From assembly GCF_009914755.1 (NCBI RefSeq), contig NC_060947.1: DNA of 64,000 bases. One strand, given 5' to 3'. The notes under the pieces are model-generated. The model saw only the letters and a program-made list of their open reading frames with translations, did not search any database and was not told the DNA's origin. Of this stretch, positions 26,801 through 40,378 are shown in pieces. The first letter of the stretch is position 1. Each line of letters begins with the position of its first letter. The position numbers were made by a program, and so were the translations under genes. This stretch comes from the human T2T-CHM13v2.0 reference genome, Homo sapiens.

Positions 26801-29625
26801 TGAGAACCAGCGCCGAAGCTTGCGTTGTCTTTAGAATCCCTGCTCCAGTCTATGTTCCCCCAAGACAGTGTTAATCGCTCTGGGATTCTGAATAGCACTT
26901 AATTCTTATCTCTATTATAGCTTGCCTGGCGTTGCACTACAATTATTTGTTTACGTGTCTGTCTACCCCACTAGACAACACCCTTTGAGAGCAATGTTTA
27001 TGTCTTCTTTCCTTTTATATCTCTGGCAGCTCACAGAGGCCTAAGCACCCAATAAATGTTTGCACTCAGTAAATGGAAGCATCCGGTCAATGTTTGTTAC
27101 ATCACCAAAGGAACGAATAAGTGAATGAAACTCCATTGTTGTTTGCTATCACCATCTGCTTTAATTCTGTCAGTTATTTTGAGTTACGTATTTGCAGTTC
27201 TGACTAAATCCAGATTTGGCATGTTTAAAATTATATTCAGTTGTAAAATGTGAGGCTAGGATTTTTGAAGATTAGAAAGAAGTAAGAATTTCTCCCACAG
27301 GAAACAATGTGAGTAATCAACAGTTCTCTGCAAAGGAAGATAAAAAGGCTGGTTGGCATAGTCTTTGTATTCACAGTCTTTGGCATTTTGGGAAAACCAT
27401 TTTAATAGCATTATTTTTTCTGCCCATGTTTTCCTATCAATAAAATGCAGAGAGAAACCCCTGTCCTTCACACTTGATAGACTAAATGAAGATTTTTAAG
27501 GAAGAAAAGCACAAGCTGAAACAAGGGAAAACCTTCAATGGTAGTATATAGTCTTTTTTCTCCCTCGAAACTATACATATGGTAGTTATCAATATATGTG
27601 TAAATATATTTATGTGTATGGTGGATTAATATTTTGATGTATTAATGAATATGTTTCTCTCCCAGTGTTTCATGGGAATACCTGTACACAAAGCCACATT
27701 CAAAGTTCCTGAACTGGAAGAACTTGGACTTTAGAGTTGCAAAAAGTAAGCTATGAAGGCTTTGGACATCATAAACCACACATATGGAAGAATGCATGCT
27801 TCCTCATTCAAGATGGCATACCACCATGGGCTGTGAACTTCCTCCCATGAGCCAGCAAAACTAAAGGAAAGAGGGATTTGGGGACTCTCAGAGCTCAGCA
27901 ACTAACATTAAACTTTGCAGAAACTCTTGGAAAGCCTGACAATGGTGGCCTCCTGGTGTGGGAGAGAGAGGAGTGAGTAACATCTTTCTGTGACCCTTCA
28001 GTCGGCTATGTGTATGAGCTCTTTCCATATGTTTTAAGGCTCTCTGAAGTTTATCCTTTATTTTTCCCTTAAGGTGTTGTTCTGTACTGTAACTTTATTT
28101 GTAAGTGCAGTTTAAGTGTAGTATAGCCATGAGCTCGAAAAAGTTTTCTGCTTCATTGTGAACCACATGACTCTCCAACGATTTCCCAAGAATGACAACC
28201 TCACCCTCCTCCACTCCTCACCACCCAATTTCAAATCTGCTCTTCTTCCTTCATGAGATATTATAACATTGCATTTTATGTACAAACTATATTTATTTAC
28301 TTTCAAATTGTAGCCCTTCACCTATGTAAACTTGCTATAGTTTTCTATCTGTGAAATGGTTTAAGTAACTTAAGTTGGGATGGAATGCTCATAATTTTTT
28401 CCAATAAAATTAATGCAAATATTTTTTATTTAACAGGTTTTTACTTAGTGGCAGGACTTTTTAGGAGTAGATTACATTGATTAAATGAGGAATAGGTTCA
28501 ATTAGGTGGAGGAAAAGACACTTCAGTCACTATAATTCAATGATTATGCTAATGTGCCCCGTGTATCTCCTGGCATTTCTTAGCCAAAAGAAATATTTTC
28601 AAGTATAAATAATGGTAGGATATTCAAATCAGAACATTTTTAGCGAAGAGTGTTTTAGGAATCTCTGCTTTGCCGCTTGTGAGGTTCTATAGGAAGCCTG
28701 ACTAGGGTTCCGTGGAGGCATGAGGACAGCCAGGTTGAGGACAGTGGCGCTTCACGGTGCTCTCAATGCCAATCTTCAAGTTCAGCAAAGCCCTTCTTCC
28801 TTCTGGGCTGGAGCAGGCAAGAATGTAACTGTGGGGCGTGGTGACACAGACAGGATCTTTCATTCATTTTACAATGGCATACAGTTTATACTGACTAAAC
28901 ATTTGAATTTATGGGCGAATTGTGCTGGCCTTTGAGCTGCATGAATGACTGCTGGGAATTAGGCGATGGGGCCATTTAAAAATGTTTCCTTTCCCTTCTA
29001 TTTTGGCTACAAGTGCACGGTAAATAAACATGTGTACATGAATAGTGGGGAGGCGGTGTGATTGGGAGAGATCAACACACACATAACAATCTGGTGTAAC
29101 AATCAGGTGTAACAACCTGGCTTTAGAAAGCAACCTTGACTTCATCAGAACTTTTTGTGGGAAAATTTGGAGTAAAATGTCACAATTCAGGATTTAAACA
29201 AGAAAGACACAGCTCCCACGTATGCTGAAAACTCATCAGCTTAAGACTATTCACATGTCCTGTCAGGATTACATGTGTTGCTACCCTTTTTAAAATTTCA
29301 GTATTTTAGTTCTAGAAAGCAGGAATAAAACCCAAAAATGTGTGTAGGGGTGTGTGTGTGGGGGTAATTCACATGGGAGGGACTTGAGTTGGGAAAAGGG
29401 TAGGATGGGGCCAGCAGGCTGTCTTGAAGCTGCCTTCCCAAAGCTAGCAGTTTTTTATTTAGATGGTGTCACTAATGTAAAACAATCGTTACATTTTCTA
29501 AAGATACCTTTATTCATATCTTACAGAGGACTGGGAAAACATCAACCAACCATATCAATGAATATGATCATTTGTATTAGGTTTGGTTTTGGTGACTTTG
29601 AAGGAGGGTGTCTTTCTCCCCAAAT

Positions 29626-29666
29626 AAAACAAAAACAAAAACAAAAACAAAAACAAAAACAAAAAC
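29626..29666. repeat. (AAAAAC)6 hexamer repeat
   Basis: Read directly from the sequence. Confidence 0.95.
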
Positions 29667-32043
29667 GTAATGTGCTCTTGGAAAGGTCACTGGGGACCAC
29701 CACCAAAGGAAGGGGAGGGGACAGCGAGAATGAAGGAGATCAAAAGCCAAAATTAAAGGTTTTTAAAATTTTAACCAAAGGGCTTTATTAGCACACAAGT
29801 CAGAGTCAAGGAGATTACAAAGAGGGCACTCCTTTTTGCATCCTTGAACTGTGCTTTGAATCATTTTGAAATCTCGGCTTGAATCTGAGCTGATCACTTG
29901 GGGGCAGACACTAAGGTAGCTGGCCTGTTTTTTAGCTTAATTACCCCCTTGAACCCTTTCTCTCCTGGGCCTTTGCCCTTCCTTTCTGATCACTTATTTT
30001 GGGAGCCCTGGAAGGAACTTGCCAATAATCTGAAACTCCCTTTAGGAGTGAGAGTCCCACACCACTTATTCATTGCCCCTGTCAATGCTCAGATGGGCCC
30101 GCTCCACTGGCACCCTTGCTATTAATAGGACAGTGCTAGGTAAGGGAGAGTGAGAGGCAGGGCAGCCTGTTGCCACAAGGCTTGCTAACCAGATGCCTTT
30201 AATATCCCTCATTGTTCTCCATGCTTCCATGTGTTTAGGGAGAAGTGTCTGGCTTGCCTACCCAGCAGAACTCATGTTCAGAATTTTGAACGTATTAAAA
30301 AGTCAAGCTCAATTTAAAAACAGCTAGCTCAACGCTTTTCAGATTTGTGAGATAAAAAACAAACCTTAAAAGACCTTGTTCCAAAATATTCTTTTCTTTC
30401 ATTTTTTATTTGGAAACAAAACCAAATTTAAAGTTGCAAGAAATGTACAATGAACCCTGATATGCCCTTAACCTAGACTATTTTGAACATTTTGCCATAT
30501 TTTGTTTTTTTCTCCCTTCATACATACACATCTTTATTATCATCATTCTTCTTCTTGTTGTTACTGAAACATTTATGTGTACTTTGCAGACATCATGGCC
30601 CTTTACCCCCAAAGCCTCAGCCTGGATCTTTTATGAACAAGGATATGTCCTTGCCGAAAATTTTGGTTTTTTTTTGTTTTTTTTTTTTTGTTTTGTAGAA
30701 TAAGACAAGGGTCTGTTGAAGCCTTTAAAACCAAAGCGTGGGCCAGTCCAAAGTGCTGACTGTTGGAGCCTCCTCCCTCTCCCGCCTTTAGAGGGAGGAG
30801 AGGAGACACCACCGCAGGTCTGGAGGACTTTATTGTTGCCATAAAACATATTTTTTCCATGTTCTCTTTAGAAACACGAAAAGAGGCTGCATTCCCAAGA
30901 TCTGGCTTGTGGCTTTAAAATAAAAAATATTTTTACAGTATACTTTTTGGAGGCATGAAAGCACGTGTTTTATTAACATTTCCCAAACTCTTTTTACTGA
31001 CGGCATACAGCCTGCAGCCTGCTGCAATCGAAAATGCATGCCTTTTTAGAAATTATACCTTTCAGTTAACTGAAGGGGAAAACTTTCCCTTCTTCTGTAA
31101 ATCATCATCTCTCTGATGGAGAACTTTAAAAATCCTGTGTATGATCAGCACAGTAGGGTGACGAGGAGGTAATGCCGTTTATCTCACCCAACGTGCAATG
31201 AGTTTCGTAAGCAGTTTTCTGGGGATTTTGCTCATTGGTGGTTTGGGTCTCATTCACGATATTCTATAGAGCCCGTGCCCAAAACAGGGGGCCACGTGAT
31301 GCCTGGGAAGGGGTATAAACAGCACTCTGGCTGCTCTGGCCACATGGAGATGCGCCTACGCCCTTTGCCCTCCCCAGTTGTCTCCTTGCGTTCATAGAGC
31401 CCGGGGATCTCCAAGGAGCAGCCCAGTTTTCCCTGTAAGAACCCAAAGGTCTTGTACAGAGCTGGAATTCGGCGAAAAACTTGCTCCAACACGCCAAATC
31501 TGCCGCATCCTCAATACCCCACCCTCTTCCCTCTGCGCTTACTGCCCACACCCCTACTCCCAACTTGAGGACTCCCCGCCCCCACCACGCTGACAGTCTC
31601 AATTCCAACCCCTTGGATGTGAGGAAGTGTCTTTGCGCCTGAACGCGCCCAGCACGGCGAGGCCACCAGTGACTCCCAGCGGCCGCACAGGGCGCTGCGC
31701 CCCCCTCGCCCCGGCCTCCCCCGCCCTGCGTCCGCCCCGTCACCCCCGCGCGGCCTCCTGCGCCCGGGCTGGAGGCAGATTCCTCTCTCCGGGTTTTCAG
31801 AGCGCCTTTCCGAAACCTCCTCCCCGCCCAGCCAGGGAGAGAGATCCCGGGCGCAATCGCTCCCCGGAGCGGCCGAGGGGCGCGCGGGGAGAGGCCTGCG
31901 CCGGGGTACTTTCAAACTGAGGCGCGCGCACACACTCACACCCACCCACCCACTCACCCACACACACACAGACACACGCACGCCCATTTATATAGGCGGC
32001 GGCGACGGCAGTGGCCGGGGTGGCGACGGCGAGCACAGAAACG

Positions 32044-32082
32044 ATGGAGTTGAGCCAGTCGACCCTGGTTGGAAGCAAGTGA
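32044..32082 (+). other. Upstream ORF, 12 aa (MELSQSTLVGSK)
   Basis: The only ATG between the TATA-like element and the NHS start codon. Context ACGATGG (-3 A, +4 G); stop TGA at 32080-32082. Confidence 0.6.
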
Positions 32083-32212
32083 GAAGAGACCAGGCGCACC
32101 CCTAAATTTCTGTGCGGAGCGCTTGTCATCCTCCCCAGGGAACGGTGCACCCAAAGGAGGACTGGCTGGACTGATTTGCTAGGGAGAGGGCGGGGAAGAG
32201 GAGGCAAGGTGA

Positions 32213-33097
<885 letters not shown>

Positions 33098-34658
33098 TGA
33101 GTGGCTGGGCTGGACCCCGATTCAGTGATGCAGACGTGGACGGTGGAAAGTTAAAAGGGCGACCTCTGAAGTCGCAGGCAGCGTGGGCTGAGAAGGAGCA
33201 GAAAGGGAGCGTTTATGGGGAGCACAGGAGGCAGAGAGGGTCTGTCCTTCACCACCGGGGCTCGCCTTTCACGTCCTTCACGGGGCGTAGGGAGGAGGGT
33301 TGCAACTCCTGTGGTTTCCAGAAGCCCAGCCCTGAGCCCTGTAGCCCACACCATGCATGTTCAGGGTTGGGGGTTCCAGGAGTAGTGAGTGTTCTTTTGA
33401 GACTGCTGCAGCACCGCGGCTGTTTCGTCACTCGCTGTGACCTCAGGTGCTGCCCCGAGCTCCGAACTTGTGCCTTGCCCTCGTGTGCGACGTAGCGTGG
33501 CGCTGCTCGCCTCCTAGACTGAACTTCGTAGTGCTTCTGCCGAAAACCCTTGTGGCCCGGAGGGGCCGCGGGGAGGGTCAGGGAGAGATGAGGGTGGGAG
33601 TGTCAGGGGCCCCGGGGAGATGGAGGAGACCCCTGGGCATCTTTTCTGCTCTGAACAGCCCAGGGTTCCTACTAAATGGCTCTGTGCCATCTGCCCGCAG
33701 AGGATCCCACAGACTATCTTCCTCCTCCCCGGTGCACTGTCGCCCAAATTTACTGGCACGTGGACTTAGGTATGAACTAGTCTGCTAGGCGGGCTGCAGG
33801 GAAACGACGAGGAAGGAAGTCTGGGAGACCCCTGGGCGTCTTTGCTGTCCGTTGACTTCGCTTTTACGACACCCAAGGGCTCCCAATAAATAGTCATTCT
33901 ATGTCATCTCCCTTCCAAGGGCGGTCCCCTTGGCTCCGGATCGTCCAAATCTGGCGACGGCAGAATCATTTAGGAACGACCCAGGAGGTAGACAGGGGCG
34001 CTGGGTTGGCGCGACGGTCCTTTGGCGCCTAGTCAGGCTGCGACGCTCGCGGCGAAGGTGATGTCAGCGGCTCTGACTTACGTAAGAAGCTTCCTAGGTT
34101 GCTGCCGCAGCTGCGCCGGTGCGCAGTGGCCTAGGAGCGCGCGGGGCGGAGGCGCTTTGGAGGCATCCTTCCCTGGGGATTTCCGGGCACCTCTGCCCCA
34201 CAGCCCAGCTCAGCCTCCCAGCGGTCCCTGCCCGCCCGCGTGTTCTCTCCCTCTTCCCCTCCTCCTCCGAAAAACCCTTTGAACCCCGTCCCGGGAATTC
34301 ACTGCTTTTCTGCAATAACAATAGTAATAAGCGTAATGAATAAATGATGTGCTCGATCGGTTTTCGCAGCTATAAAAGACCCGGAGTTGGGTTAATGACT
34401 GGTTGTTTAAAAGGGCAATTCCGGGGATGAGTTCTGGAAAGAATTAGGACTGCCGTAGGCCAAGTCGTATTTTACTTTTGGGACTTGAAATGAGCGCTTT
34501 AATCCTGCCTCCTTTTTACCCCAAACCACACAGCAGGGACAGGCCCTTCACTTTCAACAGCGCAGGTATCTGGGGAGTGCGGTTGTGGGAGTGGTGATTT
34601 CACTTCAAAAGAACTGGAGGGAAGTTTTGCAGACTGTTGAGTGGTGCATACATTTCCC

Positions 34659-34683
34659 GTGTGTGTGTGTGTGTGTGTGTGTG
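34659..34683. repeat. (GT)12 microsatellite
   Basis: Read directly from the sequence. Confidence 0.95.
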
Positions 34684-35123
34684 AGACACACCTCTCCTTA
34701 AGTTAGATTTCACGCGAATGAAACTCACTGCCAGAGCAGAATGTGCCCACTTCTTTCTCTCTTTAGATGCAGCAGTGGGCAGTTATGTACCTGGAACGTG
34801 TCAGAGTTCTTTCAAGTCCTTTTAACTGTTTGGGGTACAAACTAATAGTTAGTAGAGATAAGAGAGGATCTTGAGTGTGTGCATATAGTTGGTGAATATA
34901 TACTCTATACATATTTGTACATGAATAATAAAGATGGGGCTGATTTCTACCTGGGATAGATTTAAAATCTCATATTATTTTAAATTTTATTTTCTAAAAT
35001 GCTATCTCCACACTTTATGTCCAGATCTCTCTCTTCTCTTGTTCATTTAAATTTGGGATGGCATTGTTTTTGTTTGATGTCATAAAAGGCATTACCTTTG
35101 GGAGAAAAAACACACTATTATGT

Positions 35124-35590
35124 GTCTTGGTTTAGGTTTCCTAGAATGCAGAGCCTGAGACAAGGATTTCGATGCAATTAACTTATTTGGGAAGGGTTCC
35201 CTGGAAGCACAGAGAGGGGGTAGGGAAGTGAGACAGGAAAGGGAGGAAAGAGGAAAGCCAGTACACCATGTAAGCTGGTTAGCCCTGTGGGCAACTGGGG
35301 TTCAATCCAGCTGGCGACCCTCTGAGCACACACCTCAAATGTGTTCCACTAATGATTAAAGAAGCTGGAGTATTTATGCACCAGCTTCTTCTTCCCACAG
35401 ATGGAAGGTAGCACCTGGAGCATGAACTCCATGGCTTCTGGGTCTTGCCCCACATGTAGTCCCAGCATGCACCCAGGGCCAGGTAGAGAGATGCAAAAAG
35501 CCTATGATGTGCACAGGAATGTTGACAGAGGTCCTCTGGGGAGGGCAAAGTAGCTGTGGGTCGGTCACTAGCGGCATCAGCTGCATTATG
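35124..35590 (-). mobile_element. LTR16-like ERVL solo LTR
   Basis: tgtcttggtttaggtttcctagaatgcagagcctgagacaagg...; ctgtgggcaactggggttcaatcc. Confidence 0.75.
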
Positions 35591-35989
35591 CATCTATCTC
35601 CCTTTAGTATTGCTCAGGCCTAGGGGAGTTTGAAAGGGAGAGGAAGCCTAAAAGTAAAACTTACTCTTTTTTCTCTTCCTTTGAGAGTGCCTTCACACCA
35701 CCTGTATATCCTTGTCACCTGATCCTCATTCCCCTGCGTAATCTGCTTGCTATTTCATCCTTGGACAGCTGCTTCCTGTTGCCCTGAGACAGGCTGGGGG
35801 GCTTCTTGCAGGGGCAACATGATCTGATGTACACTTTGGAAGAGTCACTCTGGAAGCAAGTCTGGTGGCTAGTAAACCAGTTAGACACTGTGACTGGTGA
35901 TGGTGGCTAGGACTAGGGAGGTAGCTGTAGAGACGGTGAGAAGTGGTTAGATTCTGAATGCATTTTGGAAATAGGATTGCCAAGACTTA

Positions 35990-36390
<401 letters not shown>

Positions 36391-36976
36391 ATAACTGGTA
36401 GAATGTATTACCATTTGTAGAAATGGGGAAGGCTAGTGGGAGAGTGAATATTTTCTTGTGGAGGGAATGGAATCAATAGTTTTATATTTGAGCCATGTTA
36501 AGTTTGAGATACCTGATGTGTCTTACATAATTACATGTGTGAGTTGAGAGGTCCAGGCTGGAGATGTGAATGTGAGACCTAAGCGTAGAGACAGTTTGTG
36601 AAGCCTTGGAGCTAGACACAGTGAAGCTAGTAAAGAAAAGGAGGCCAGGACTTAGCCCAGGGCAGTCCAACTTTGAAAGCTTCACAGGGAAGGAGAAAGG
36701 CTGAGAAAGGACAGCCAGAAAGCTAGAAGGAGAATCAGAAGAGTGTAGTATGGTGCAAGCCAGGAGATGTTTCCAGAACTGGGGAGAAGTCAACTTGGTC
36801 AAGTGCTTCTGAGAGGAAGATAAGCACTGAGAAGAGGCTATTGAGTTTGGTTACTTGTAATTAATTAGTGGCCTTGAGAGGTGCCATTTCATTGGAGGGG
36901 TGGAGATGAACGCCAAATCAGAGGTGTTGGAGAAAGAATAGGAGAGGTGGAGAGGAAATAGCAACTACAGAGAGCT

Positions 36977-37243
36977 TTTTTTTTTTTTTTCACTCTATCA
37001 CCCAGACTGGGTACAGTGACTTGATCATGACTCACTGCAGCCTTGACCGCCCCAGGCTCCCATCTCGGCCCCCCAAGTAGCTAGGACTACAGGTGTGCAC
37101 CACTACGCTAGGCTAATTTTGTTTTTTTTCATAGAGACAGGGTTTCGCCATGTTACCCGGGGTGGTCTCGAACTCTTGCGCTGAAGCAGTCCTCACGCCT
37201 CCCAAAGTGCTGGGATTACAGGCGTGAGCCACCGCACCCAGCT
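36977..37243 (-). mobile_element. Alu, AluJ-like, with internal deletions
   Basis: Poly-T followed by antisense Alu arms. Degenerate TSD ctacagagagct / ctacagacaact. Confidence 0.9.
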
Positions 37244-37879
37244 CTACAGACAACTCTTGTAAGGCGTTTCACTCTGAAGGGGAGTGGAGAAATGGAGCAG
37301 TGGCTGGAAGGGAATACAGTATCAAGGAAAAATGTCTTAAAAGGTATTGATATTTTAGGCATGTTCAGATTCCAAGAGAAGGGTGAATTGATGATCCTGG
37401 GGGAGAGAACTGAATAATTATGGATATCATTGAGAAGCCGAGAGGGGATGAGATGAGAGCACCATTTCATCCATGGCCGCTGGAGGGAAGCTGAAGGATA
37501 CGAGCAGGGAGGCAGGTGGGCTGGTGAACTGCTGGTGGTGGGATGGGGTATTCTTCTATAAGGGGATCTATTTTCTCTGTAAAGTATGGGGTGAGGTCAT
37601 CAGCTGAGAGTGTTGGCAATGTGAGGAGAGAAGGGAGGGTGTTAATAAGTTGTCTCAGGGAGGGAACGTGAAGGCATTAAGGAAGTATATTGGGATGATC
37701 TTACTGTGTTGAGAGCCTTCTGAGACTGATGGTCATCAATTTGAAGAGTCCAACTTTTCAGTCACTGAAACCTGAGACTTTGGAAATACTTCATGGGCTT
37801 TGACTCCAGGATGTTCATCTTTAGACATTTTAATGTTGCTGGCATTTTGGTTGCCGTTGATTTATTTAGTTACTGAGTT

Positions 37880-39295
37880 TTAAAATAAATTTTATATTAA
37901 AGTTTAACATTCCCACAGAAAAGCGCACAGACCATAAGTGTTCGTCTTGGTTGATTTTCACAAAGTGAACAGCTCATGTAAACACCACTCAGATCAAGAA
38001 ATAAAATGTTACTCCACCTGAAACATCCTCCCCTCCCTTCAAGCCACCTTCAGTCAATATCCCCCTTCCCAAAAGTAACAACTCTCCCAATTTCTACCCT
38101 TATCAATTAGATGTTCTTGTTTTTGAAGTTTATATAAGTGAAATCATATATACTTCTTTCTAGCATTATTCACTTAACATTATGTATGTAAGATTCTTTC
38201 ATCTTATTGCATATATAGCTGATTGTTCATTCTCATTGCTGAATAAAATTCCATTGTGTGTACATACCACAATTTCTTGATCCATTCTCCTGATGATGGA
38301 CATTTGGGTTGTTTCCATTTGGGAGCTATTGCGTGAACAATTTTTTCTACATGCTTCTTGATGAACTTATGTATACACAGTTATTTGGTATGTATCTAAA
38401 AGAGGAATTGCTGGATCAAAGGGGATGATTTGTTTGGCTGAACAGTTTTCTACACTGGTTGTACCAATTTATAACCCTGGAAGTATATGAAAGTTCTGGT
38501 TGCTCCACATCCTCACTGATATTGGTATTGATGTTTAAATTGTAGCCACTTTGGTGGATGTGTAATGAAATCTCATACTGGTTTTGATTTGCATTTCTCT
38601 AATGGCTTGTGAGACTGAACACCATTTTATATAATTTTTAACTACCTAGATATTCTCCTTTGTGGATTACTTGTTCAAGATGTTTGCTCATTTTTATTTC
38701 TCTTTTCTCTCTCTTTTTTAACTTTTATTTTAGGTTCAGGGGTACATGTGCGGGCTTGATATATAGGTAAATCATGTGTCGTGGTGGTTTGGTATACAAA
38801 TTATTTCATCGCCCAGGTAATTGCTCATTTTTCAGTAAGGTTCTTTGCACCTTTTCTTACTGTCTTACAGATGTCTTTTATGTATTTTGAATATGAGTCA
38901 TTTGTCAGCTGTATGTATTTCCAATACCTTCTCTTACTCTGTGGCTTGCCTTTTCAATCTCTTAGTGTTATATTTTGAGGGCAGAAGTTCTTATTTTTGT
39001 ATAGTCCAGTTTATCAATCCTTTTCTTTATGGTTAGTGTGTTTTTGTGTTCTCTTCTGTTTGTTCTTAAACAAATTCTTCACCAACCTCGAGGTCATGAA
39101 GATATCTCAAAAGTTCTAGAAATTTTTCATTTTGCCTTTGTCATTTAGATCCATGTTTCATATGGAATTGATATTTGCAAATGGTGTGAGGTAGGGCTCA
39201 AGATTACTTTTTTCCCAAATATGGATGCACAATTGGCCTACTGCCACTTATTGAAAAGACCATCATTTCCCCATTGTACTGCAGTGACACTTTTG
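37880..39295 (-). mobile_element. L1ME-type 3' region
   Basis: ttttcacaaagtgaac..gtaaacaccactcagatcaagaaat; gatggacatttgggttgtttcca; tttgcatttctctaatg. Confidence 0.8.
38696..38820 (-). mobile_element. Very short old L1PA (PA13-16-like) 3' end nested in the L1ME
   Basis: aacttttattttaggttcaggggtacatgtgc...atttcatcgcccaggtaa. Perfect 12-bp TSD TTGCTCATTTTT at 38684-38695 and 38821-38832. Confidence 0.85.
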
Positions 39296-39360
39296 TTACC
39301 TCCCCCACCTATGACTTTTCTAGAACTCTGTGCTAACCTTTATCTTAGCTTTTCTCATTC

Positions 39361-39841
39361 TGTACAGTAGACATTGTTGGTGCCCTGTCTATATTCCATC
39401 TCTCATGCTGAAGGCTACTTACTGCAAACTCCTGTAACTCTGCCTGGAACTTTTGTTTTGTACTGGCTTATGGACCATGCTTGGCCTTGCTTGTTGGGAA
39501 GGCCAGAGGTGCCAGCAGGTTAATGCCTCAGAAGCAGCACTCAACCAAATATGGACAGGGAGTTGGTGGATGAATGCACCAGTGCCATTACTCCTTGGAT
39601 AGGAGAACTCTGCAGCATTTTCTCCACCATTTCTCAGAATTCTCAAGTAGGACTGAGCTCCAGTTACCCACAGTGATGACTTATTTGATGACACATCCTA
39701 TCTTTGCTGTCTTCCTTTCTCCATCTCACTTCTTCACTCACCTATGGGTGTTTCTGGAGTCACCTCCCACATAAACTACTTGCACTCAAACCTGTACTTG
39801 CAGTCATAGGGTCTACTTATGGGGGAACTGCAACCAAGACA
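39361..39841 (+). mobile_element. LTR16-like ERVL solo LTR
   Basis: ggactgagctccagttacccacag; ataaactacttgcactcaaa...gggggaac..caaccaagaca terminus. Confidence 0.75.
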
Positions 39842-39991
39842 ATCTATTTAATCTTTAAACTGTGAAGGCAAAGACCTAGGGCTGGGGGTATGGTAGAGAT
39901 GAAGTTTCTCACTCTTTTTCCTTAAACTATTTAGCCCAGGATTATTATATTAGCCACACGCCCAGCCCCTCCCAGAACACTCTATAGTGTG

Positions 39992-40378
39992 TGTATTAGT
40001 CTGTTCTCTCACTGCTATAAAAAAACTACCTGAGACTGGGTAATTTATAAAGAAAAGAGGTTTAATTGACTCACAGTTTTGCAGGCTGTACAGGAGCCAT
40101 GGCCAGGAAGGCCTAAGGAAACTTACAATCATGGCAAAAGGAAAAGGGAAAGCAAGCACATCTTCACATGGTGGCAGGAGAGAGAGCAAGAGTGAAGGGG
40201 GAAGTGCTACACACGTTTAAACAACCAGCTCTCAAGAGAACTTACTCACTGTCACTAGAACAGCAAGTGGGGAATCTGCCCCCATGATCCAGTCACCTCC
40301 CACCGTGTCCCTCCTCTTACATTGGGGATTATAATTCAACATGAGATATGGGTGGGGATACAGAGCCAAACCATATCA
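39992..40378 (-). mobile_element. MaLR solo LTR, MSTA/THE1D-like
   Basis: tgtattagtctgttctc..actgctataa...gaggtttaattgactcacag...ccaaaccatatca. 5-bp TSD GTGTG/GTGGG. Confidence 0.9.

Noticed and set aside
28747-28762. REST/RE1-like GGCGCT..GGTGCT
   Set aside because: Wrong spacing, and the GTCC and GAA positions are missing.
34706-34725. PAX6 paired-domain-like TTCACGC
   Set aside because: Only the 7-nt core matches; the 3' half of the consensus does not.
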